From contig JAUWGH010000003.1 of NCBI GenBank assembly GCA_030606485.1, positions 90,001 to 122,000 of the forward strand: a stretch of 32,000 nt of DNA, read 5' to 3'. Under the pieces are notes generated by a model that searched no databases, was not told the DNA's origin, and worked only from the letters and a program-made list of their open reading frames with translations. Both the position numbers and the translations under genes were made by a program. This document shows, in pieces, positions 17,917 through 25,204 of this stretch (its first letter is position 1; each line of letters opens with the position of its first letter). The DNA is from Promethearchaeota archaeon. Lineage in GTDB: Archaea > Asgardarchaeota > Lokiarchaeia > Sigyniarchaeales > SOKP01.

Positions 17917-18837
17917 TTGAAACTTAAGAGAAATAGAAATTGGTATATAAGAATGCCATATAAAATTTTAGAAAAAAGAGAATTGGGAGAGAGCGGTATC
18001 GTATTTGAAATGGTATTGGAAACTCCATTCATTGCCAAAAAAGCCTATGCTGGTAATTTTGTTTTAGTTCGAATTAATGAAACGGGAGAGCGGATTCCTT
18101 TGACAATAGCTGATTATGATAGAGATAAGGGAACAATAACAATAGTAGTTCAAATTGCTGGAAAAAGTACAAAATTACTTTTCCATCAAAATGTTGGAGA
18201 TTCGATTCTTGATGTTGTTGGTCCCTTAGGAAATAAAATTCACATTAAAAAATATGAATATCCCGTTGTGATTATTGGAGGTGGAGTGGGAATAGCACCT
18301 TGTTACCCGCAGGCAAAGGAATTAAAAGAAGTAGGAAATAAAATTATTTCAATATTAGGCGCCAGAAATAAGGAGTTGTTATTTTGGAGAGATAAAATGG
18401 GATCTGTAAGTGATGAATTAATTATTTGTACAGATGATGGATCAGAGGGGATAAAAGGTGTTGTAACAGAACCATTAAAGGATTTATTAAAAAGAGAAAA
18501 ATTGAGTATTGTAATTGCCATTGGACCATTAATTATGATGAAATACGTGGCTCTTACAACTAATGGTTTTGATGGATTACCTAAAGTTAAAACAATTGTA
18601 TCCTTAAATACAATCATGATTGACGGTACTGGAATGTGCGGCGGTTGTCGTTTTCCAACAATTGATGGAAAAATAGGATTTGCATGTGTTGATGGACCTG
18701 ATGTTGATGGACATATTGTGGATTTTGATAATCTTTTAAAGCGTGCAAAAAGATTTGAAACGCAAGAAAAAGAATCACTAGAATTATATGATCGTGAATG
18801 TAAAGCATTAAAAAAATTTTATAAGGAGAATGGTTAA
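17917..18837 (+). CDS. NfnA/SudB-type subunit (FAD/NAD-binding, [2Fe-2S]); probable true start ATG 17953
   Basis: GERIPLTIAD, DVVGPLG, IGGGVGIAP, TDDGS, DGTGMCGGCR...CVDGP; overlaps the next gene by 8 nt. Confidence 0.92.
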   Translation: MKLKRNRNWYIRMPYKILEKRELGESGIVFEMVLETPFIAKKAYAGNFVLVRINETGERIPLTIADYDRDKGTITIVVQIAGKSTKLLFHQNVGDSILDVVGPLGNKIHIKKYEYPVVIIGGGVGIAPCYPQAKELKEVGNKIISILGARNKELLFWRDKMGSVSDELIICTDDGSEGIKGVVTEPLKDLLKREKLSIVIAIGPLIMMKYVALTTNGFDGLPKVKTIVSLNTIMIDGTGMCGGCRFPTIDGKIGFACVDGPDVDGHIVDFDNLLKRAKRFETQEKESLELYDRECKALKKFYKENG

Positions 18838-21568
18838 AATGGAAAAAGTATCACCTTTAATTGAAGTTTTAATCGATAATAAACAGAAAATTCTCAATTC
18901 TAAGAAATATAATGAGGTTGAGTTTGAAGAATTTATTAATTCTCTGATGCAAGCTGAAAATGAAAGAGAGAAAGTTTTGAAAAAAATAAAGGAATTGGTA
19001 AGAATTGATATCCAAAAATTAAAAGAAGAATTAAAAATTTCTGAAGAAAGATTAATTTATGATATCGAATATTTAAAGGAATTAGGATTATTGGAGTTTA
19101 TTGGAGAGATATCTGAATTTTATCAAAGTATCGAAGAAAAGAATGAGAAGGAAGGACTATTTCCAAATGTCTCTATAATAAGGGAGAAAAAAATTTGTAG
19201 TGGTTGTGGGTTATGTGTTTCGATTTGTCCGACTAATGCAATAAATTTCTTAAATGACATCTTAATTATTGATGATGACTTATGCATCAATTGTGGTTTA
19301 TGCTACGCTTGTTGTCATCGCTCATTTTTTCCCAAAGAGTTAAAGACAGATCAAGAAAAACTCGATTCTGATAAAAAATATTTGAAGGAATTTAATAACT
19401 ATAGGGAAATCTATTCAGCACAAACAAAAGATGATCTTATTAGAAAAGTTGCACAAGATGGGGGAATTGTCACAACATTACTAAAAACCGCGTTTAAACA
19501 GAAAATAATTGATGCCGCTTTAGTAGTCGATGTATCAGAAAAACCACATGAGCCTTTACCTCTTTTGATTGAAAAGGAAGAAGATTTATTAAAAAGTGCG
19601 GGGACAAAATATAGTAATGCTCACACATTAAAAATTTTACAAGATTCAAGAAAATTCAAGAAAATTGCAGTTGTAGGAACTCCTTGTGTTTTGGAGGCTC
19701 TCAGAAAAGTTTCAGTTTATCCACTTAATGAACCCTTTTATAATAATATTGCGTTAAAAATAGGATTATTTTGTATGGAATCATTTGATTATGAAAAGAT
19801 ACTTGATATTTTAAAGAATGAATTTCTTACTGAAGGTCAAATGAATACCGAAGAAATTAAAAAAATGGACATCAACAAAGGACGGTTCATTATTTACAAA
19901 AAAAATGGAGATTCACTAGATATTCCGATAAAAAAGATAAAAAAATATGGTCGATTTGGATGTTTTTTATGTGATGATTTAACTTCTGAGCTTTCTGATC
20001 TTTCTGTTGGGTCAATTGGATCTGAACCGGGTTGGTCTACAATTATTACAAGAACAAGTAAAGGAGTGGATTTATTTCAGCAAGCTTTTAATCTGAAATT
20101 AATCGAACAGAAAAAAATTGAAGAGGACAGTAAAAGTTTTATAACTTTAAGTAAAATTGCTAAATCCAAATTAAAAATGTATAAAGAAATTCCGAGACAA
20201 AAAATGATTGAACAAGACCCAAATGTAAGAAAAAACAACTTCCAGGAGGTCCCAAAAGGATATACACTAGAAATGGTAAAATTAGAAACTCAAAGATGCT
20301 TACAATGTGGAAATCCTTTATGTATTGAGGGTTGTCCCGTTAATGTTGATATTCCAAAATTTATAAGATTTTTAAGACAAGAGAAATTTTCTGATGCCAT
20401 CAATAATGTAAAAACATATAATTTATTACCAGCAATATGTGGGAGAGTGTGCCCTCAAGAAATACAATGCGAACAAACATGTTTATTAGGTTCTGTTTCA
20501 AAACCAATTGCAATTGGTAACTTAGAACGATTTATTGCTGATTGGGACCGAGCAAATGAACTTAAAGCATGTCCTGATTGTCAAGCTCCAAAGAATATTA
20601 AAGTAGGAATCATTGGCGCAGGTCCTGCAGGTTTAACTTGCGCCGGGGAGCTTTTAATGAGAGGATATGATGTAACAATTTTTGAAGCATTTCATACGGG
20701 AGGAGGTGTGCTAGTTTATGGTATACCAGAATTTAGATTACCAAAAGACATAGTTAGAGAAGAAATCGAAACATTAAAAACATTAGGAGGCAAAATAGAA
20801 TACAATAAGATAATAGGAAAGATAATGACTATAGAAGATTTAAAATCTATGGGGTTCAAGGCTTTCTTTATTGGAGTGGGTGCAGGACTACCTACATTTA
20901 TTAGAGTAAACGGTTTAAGCTTAAATGGTGTTTTAACGGCAAATGAATTTCTTACAAGAGCAAATTTAATGAAAGCCTATAAATTTCCAGAATATGATAC
21001 ACCTATTAAAATAGGAAAAATTGTAACAGTTCTTGGAGGGGGAAATGTAGCCATGGATTCAGCAAGAGTTGCATTGAGATTAGGTGCTGAAAGAGTAATT
21101 GTTGTGTATAGGAGATCTGAAAAAGAAATGCCTGCAAGGAGAGCAGAATATCATCATGCGATTGAAGAAGGAATTGATTTTCAATTTTTAACCAATCCAG
21201 TGAGCTTTATTGGAGATGAAAATGAAAATGTTAAGCAAATGGAGGTTATTAAAATGAGATTAGGAGAACCTGATGATTCTGGGCGACGACGCCCTATTCC
21301 AATTGAAGGTTCAGAATATAAAATAGATACAGATACGATAATTATAGCAATTGGGTCAAAAGCAAATCCTATTCTTACAAATTCAATCCCTGAGTTAAAA
21401 CTTAATAAGTGGGGTTATATTGAAACCGGTGAGCATGGAAAGACAAATCTGGAAGGTGTTTATGCGGGTGGAGATATTGTGACTGGTAGTGCGACAGTTA
21501 TTTCAGCAATGGGAGCAGGAAAGAGAGCTGCAGCTGAGATTGATAGTTATCTTACAGAAAAGATATAG
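18830..21568 (+). CDS. Fusion protein: wHTH-like + 2x[4Fe-4S] + F420-binding FrhB domain + NfnB/SudA (GltD-like) flavoprotein
   Basis: CSGCGLCVSICP and CINCGLCYACC; FrhB motifs AQDGGIVT, GTKY, VVGTPC, IGLFCMESF, CFLCDD, SVGSIGS, GWSTIITRT; from about aa 456 RCLQCGNPLCIEGCP, CGRVCPQEIQCEQTC, IGAGPAG, GGGNVAMD, YRRS, GGDIVTG. Confidence 0.9.
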   Translation: MVKMEKVSPLIEVLIDNKQKILNSKKYNEVEFEEFINSLMQAENEREKVLKKIKELVRIDIQKLKEELKISEERLIYDIEYLKELGLLEFIGEISEFYQSIEEKNEKEGLFPNVSIIREKKICSGCGLCVSICPTNAINFLNDILIIDDDLCINCGLCYACCHRSFFPKELKTDQEKLDSDKKYLKEFNNYREIYSAQTKDDLIRKVAQDGGIVTTLLKTAFKQKIIDAALVVDVSEKPHEPLPLLIEKEEDLLKSAGTKYSNAHTLKILQDSRKFKKIAVVGTPCVLEALRKVSVYPLNEPFYNNIALKIGLFCMESFDYEKILDILKNEFLTEGQMNTEEIKKMDINKGRFIIYKKNGDSLDIPIKKIKKYGRFGCFLCDDLTSELSDLSVGSIGSEPGWSTIITRTSKGVDLFQQAFNLKLIEQKKIEEDSKSFITLSKIAKSKLKMYKEIPRQKMIEQDPNVRKNNFQEVPKGYTLEMVKLETQRCLQCGNPLCIEGCPVNVDIPKFIRFLRQEKFSDAINNVKTYNLLPAICGRVCPQEIQCEQTCLLGSVSKPIAIGNLERFIADWDRANELKACPDCQAPKNIKVGIIGAGPAGLTCAGELLMRGYDVTIFEAFHTGGGVLVYGIPEFRLPKDIVREEIETLKTLGGKIEYNKIIGKIMTIEDLKSMGFKAFFIGVGAGLPTFIRVNGLSLNGVLTANEFLTRANLMKAYKFPEYDTPIKIGKIVTVLGGGNVAMDSARVALRLGAERVIVVYRRSEKEMPARRAEYHHAIEEGIDFQFLTNPVSFIGDENENVKQMEVIKMRLGEPDDSGRRRPIPIEGSEYKIDTDTIIIAIGSKANPILTNSIPELKLNKWGYIETGEHGKTNLEGVYAGGDIVTGSATVISAMGAGKRAAAEIDSYLTEKI

Positions 21569-21608
21569 TAAAAATTAATTAATTTGTTTTACATTTTATA
21601 TTTGTCTT

Positions 21609-22457
21609 TTAAGTATAGTTTAAGAAAATACTGAATAAAGGTTTTTCAAGGTTTAATTGCTGTAATTGATTCCAATTATTTAAGAGATAAGGATATAGCT
21701 CTTCGCTAAAGGCATCTAAAGCTTTCTCATTTCCGAGTTCATAAAATATAAAATTTTTCATCATTTTCACAATATCAAGAAATACTCTTGGTATTGTTTG
21801 CGGATCTGCAATACTCACGTTAATATTTAAAATATTCCAACCATGCTCTTTTGAAAACTTGATCTTAGATAGTTCCTTATCTTTATCTGATTGAATTGCT
21901 TCTATAAATCTAGAATAGAAATTCTCGATATTTCTATAAATACGCTCTGTTCTAAATCCAGAGATATATTTCTCAATTACAGTAGCACAAATATTCAAAA
22001 TCTGTTGAAATACTCCCAGTGAGTCAAATAAAATTCCATAAGATTCGATTTTTTCGGTTTCTTTCCATTGAACCATAAACTCATCGATTTGATCTCCATA
22101 AGATTTAAATGGTTTGACAAAACCTTTCCATTTTTCTTTCCATTCAGATGATGTTTTAGCATAATGAGAAAGAAAATCTTTCTTAATTACAATTAATCGA
22201 GCTCTAAGAATTTCAGCATGAGTTTCTTTCTTATCTGCTGCAATAAATAACAGATTAAATTCTGGAGCATGACTATATACCCATTTAAGGCCACTCATAT
22301 CAATAGATTCAATCCCAGACTGATCAAGCTCGTGTTTAGAAAATAAATTTAATGCTGTTAGAAGGCCTGATACTAAATCTTCATCAATTTCTAATCCAAG
22401 GGAATCTTTATATAAAATTGTAACTCCTGATTCACTGTCAACAATCCAAATATTCAT
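21609..22457 (-). CDS. Longin-like domain protein with C-terminal helical region
   Basis: N-terminus IWIV-DSESG-VTILY...DEDLVSGLLTALNLF...IESIDMSGLKWVY...LLFIAA fits the beta-beta-alpha-beta-beta-beta longin pattern common in Asgard proteins. Confidence 0.6.
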   Translation of the reverse strand: MNIWIVDSESGVTILYKDSLGLEIDEDLVSGLLTALNLFSKHELDQSGIESIDMSGLKWVYSHAPEFNLLFIAADKKETHAEILRARLIVIKKDFLSHYAKTSSEWKEKWKGFVKPFKSYGDQIDEFMVQWKETEKIESYGILFDSLGVFQQILNICATVIEKYISGFRTERIYRNIENFYSRFIEAIQSDKDKELSKIKFSKEHGWNILNINVSIADPQTIPRVFLDIVKMMKNFIFYELGNEKALDAFSEELYPYLLNNWNQLQQLNLEKPLFSIFLNYT

Positions 22458-22570
22458 GTAATTCCTTTATCTTTTTTTTAAAAAATAATTAATATTAAAA
22501 CCCATTTAATTCTAGATTAAGATTTATTCTCCTAGGAAATTAAAAGCTTTTTAATATTTTATAATTTTTT

Positions 22571-23146
22571 TTATATGTTAAATATAAACGTGGAAATGGA
22601 TAAAAATATCATATCGAAATTGATTCCTATTATAACTCCAATTACAGCGGAACAAATTAATATTAAAATTGAATATCTTTGATTTTTTCTCTTTAATTGA
22701 GGTGTTGGATAATCTACAATAAATATTACATAAAATTGAGAGATTGTATTGAATAAATAGACTCCTATGCCAATAAAGAAACAGATAATATATATTATCC
22801 AAATCCAGACATTTATTTCAATGGACATAGCAAGTATTAATTCAGGAACATTTTTTATTAAAATAGTTAATGTAATGTAAATGCCTCCAATTGGTATGGC
22901 AGAAAATATTAGACAAATTAAAAGAACTGCAGTAAATTTAAAAGTTAATAAATTTAATCCAAGAATAAAAAAATTTCCAATAAAAACCAATAAAAAAATA
23001 ATAATTAAGAGAGTAATCGAAATTATAAGGTATATTCCAAAACCCATTGCTAATGTTGTAAAAGCTCCGGGAACTTTGTTCCCCATTTTTTCAAAAAGAT
23101 CATTTTCAACAATTTTAGACATTGGCTCAGACTTCCTCAGATTCAA
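22571..23146 (-). CDS. Hypothetical multi-pass membrane protein (about 4-5 TM); start uncertain (TTG 23146 or ATG 23122)
   Basis: Long Ile/Leu/Phe-rich hydrophobic stretches; no family motif recognised. Confidence 0.65.
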   Translation of the reverse strand: MNLRKSEPMSKIVENDLFEKMGNKVPGAFTTLAMGFGIYLIISITLLIIIFLLVFIGNFFILGLNLLTFKFTAVLLICLIFSAIPIGGIYITLTILIKNVPELILAMSIEINVWIWIIYIICFFIGIGVYLFNTISQFYVIFIVDYPTPQLKRKNQRYSILILICSAVIGVIIGINFDMIFLSISTFIFNI

Positions 23147-23245
23147 TCATTCAAAATTAATATGTCTTGTTTCTCTAAATCTCATCATAGCCTTATCCTT
23201 TAATGAGCTTTTAATAAAAGTATATTAACTTTTCTAATTTAAATT

Positions 23246-23461
23246 TCAATCTGTCCGAATTAACTTTGAATCAGCTATTTTTAATTCCATTTGGCAGTTT
23301 GGACAGACCCAATAATCTGCTTTCTGGCAATGTTTGGATATACAGTCTTGACATATAACAATATCACAAAAACAGTAATATAACATCTCCAAACTAAATT
23401 TTTTTTTACATAAAAAACATATATTCTTTTTAGTAGTATTAGGTCTGTTGTGTGCAGTCAT
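23246..23461 (-). CDS. Small C4C4 RING-finger-like zinc-binding protein
   Basis: C15-x2-C18-x11-C30-x-C32-x4-C37-x2-C40-x12-C53-P-x-C56. Confidence 0.75.
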   Translation of the reverse strand: MTAHNRPNTTKKNICFLCKKKFSLEMLYYCFCDIVICQDCISKHCQKADYWVCPNCQMELKIADSKLIRTD

Positions 23462-23562
23462 AAAAGAGCGACATAATTTTATTAATAATATAATAAAACT
23501 AGATGTTATAAAAACTTAATATTATGTATTTTTTATTTTTGTTTTATTTTGTAGGAAGGAAT

Positions 23563-23580
23563 AAAAAAAGTAAAAAAAAA
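23563..23580 (-). terminator. Possible T-rich terminator downstream of mtd
   Basis: A-runs on the + strand (T-tracts on the - strand) about 90 nt after the mtd stop. Confidence 0.3.
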
Positions 23581-23671
23581 GATTCTTTATTTACTGGTCT
23601 TTAAAAAAGCATTAGTTCGATCTAATTTCAAAAATTTTAAAGATTTTTTGAGAGATACATATATTTATGAA

Positions 23672-24532
23672 TTATTCAAGTGGGATTTCTTTTTCCATTA
23701 ATTTAACTTTCTTCATTAAGTACTGCTTGGCATTATGTGGAATTCTTACTACAGAATCATTTGATTTTTCTATTTCTCTCACTTCATCACAAAGTTGTGC
23801 AGCAGTCCTCATCATTTCATGGGCGGCAGCTAATAAAGGCATATATTCTGTTTTGTCTTTTAATACAAAACATGCTCTACCTGTTAATTTAGAAACTTGA
23901 CTTGCTAATTCGAAGGCTGCTATAGCTTTTGCTTTAGCATAAGGATTTGAAAACTCGGCTGCCTCTGTAGCCATTGCGCTATCTATTATTATTTGAGGTA
24001 ATGTTGGGTACCTTCCTTCTAACATGTCCATGATTACTTTATTAAGTTCTTTTGTAATTATTGTTAAAACTCCTGTTATAGCTAATACTTTTAAAAGATC
24101 TGCATTAAAAGCACTCATTTCGATTGGATCTAAAAATGGTCTGCGGGCCCCAATCATACTATCACAATTTATTAAAATATATCCCATATTTTTTTCTTTT
24201 ATTTCATCTATTGCTTTTTTTGCCGGGGCATCCGAAATTATAATTGTAGGAATTCCTTTCGCCAATTCTCGTGCGGCTTGTGGGCCCTTGAGAGCAGCAT
24301 TTGGACTTGACATTATAATTAATTCAGGTTCAAATTCAAGTAATTTTTTCATAGTTTCTATACAATGTTCAGGGGGATGCATTTTAGCTCCAGATGTTAC
24401 TTCTCTAACATCAATTTTAGTGCCTTCAGCTCTTTCGTCCATTAAAAATGCAAGAAGTAGTGATGAGCCTATCGTCCCATTCTTCAAAATTCCGATTTTT
24501 AATATTTTTTCTTCCGACATCTTATTTTGCAC
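23672..24532 (-). CDS. mtd: F420-dependent methylene-H4MPT dehydrogenase
   Basis: KIGILKNGTIG, MDERA, SGAKM, SPNAALKGP, IISDAP, MIGARRPFLDPIEM, FNADLLKVL, FSNPYAKAKA, AAAHEMMRTAA, RIPH. Confidence 0.93.
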   Translation of the reverse strand: MQNKMSEEKILKIGILKNGTIGSSLLLAFLMDERAEGTKIDVREVTSGAKMHPPEHCIETMKKLLEFEPELIIMSSPNAALKGPQAARELAKGIPTIIISDAPAKKAIDEIKEKNMGYILINCDSMIGARRPFLDPIEMSAFNADLLKVLAITGVLTIITKELNKVIMDMLEGRYPTLPQIIIDSAMATEAAEFSNPYAKAKAIAAFELASQVSKLTGRACFVLKDKTEYMPLLAAAHEMMRTAAQLCDEVREIEKSNDSVVRIPHNAKQYLMKKVKLMEKEIPLE

Positions 24533-24639
24533 TTTTTAATCTGAAATTTAATTAAATTTAAATAAAGTTTGATTATTTAAAATTTTATATTTTTATATTA
24601 AATTAAAATTTATTTAAAGAGTTATTATTATATAATAAA

Positions 24640-24861
24640 ATGAGTTATAGAAGTAAGTTTAAAAAAAGGATTCTATTATTAACTATAATTTTAATATTCC
24701 CCATCTATAAAACTTTAGATGCTTTATTAAATAACGATACTATTGGTTTTTATTTATGGTTAATGTTCTCAATTATTTTTGGATTTTCTTTAATTATTAT
24801 GTATATTGTATATTATAAAAAAAAAATACATATTGCAAAAAAAAATATAAATGTTTTTTGA
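24640..24861 (+). CDS. Hypothetical small membrane protein (2 TM)
   Basis: 73-aa ORF with two hydrophobic helices and basic termini; extremely AT-rich. Confidence 0.45.
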   Translation: MSYRSKFKKRILLLTIILIFPIYKTLDALLNNDTIGFYLWLMFSIIFGFSLIIMYIVYYKKKIHIAKKNINVF

Positions 24862-24910
24862 TTTATTTTTAATAAATATTTTTAGAATAGAGTAAGATGA
24901 ATTTTATATA

Positions 24911-25120
24911 ATGACACATACAGATGATTTGTTTGATGGAATTTGTGGTTTAATATGTTCTATAATATCATTATACAGTTTAGTTTTTACATTTATATAT
25001 CACAATCCTGGAACTCTTTTTAATTATATCCCAGCATTCATCTTTTGGAGTATAACTTTAATAGGTAGTTCTATATTTACATATGAGATTTGCATTAATA
25101 AGAAAAAAAATGAGAAATAA
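24911..25120 (+). CDS. Hypothetical small membrane protein (2 TM)
   Basis: 69-aa ORF with two hydrophobic helices and a basic C-terminus. Confidence 0.45.
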   Translation: MTHTDDLFDGICGLICSIISLYSLVFTFIYHNPGTLFNYIPAFIFWSITLIGSSIFTYEICINKKKNEK

Positions 25121-25204
25121 AATTTAGAAAATATTGAAAAAATTTATTCAAATAGTTAATTAGCCAGACCGTTAATATCAAATTTTACAGCAATATTTTC
25201 CATT

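Noticed and set aside
20195-21568. Calling the GltD-like module a glutamate synthase small subunit because glnA is nearby
   Set aside because: No GltB large subunit in the window, and it is translationally coupled to an NfnA/SudB gene; Nfn is the better fit, though a role in nitrogen assimilation is not excluded.
24024-24539. 171-aa plus-strand ORF (also 23667-23900)
   Set aside because: Antisense shadow of mtd.
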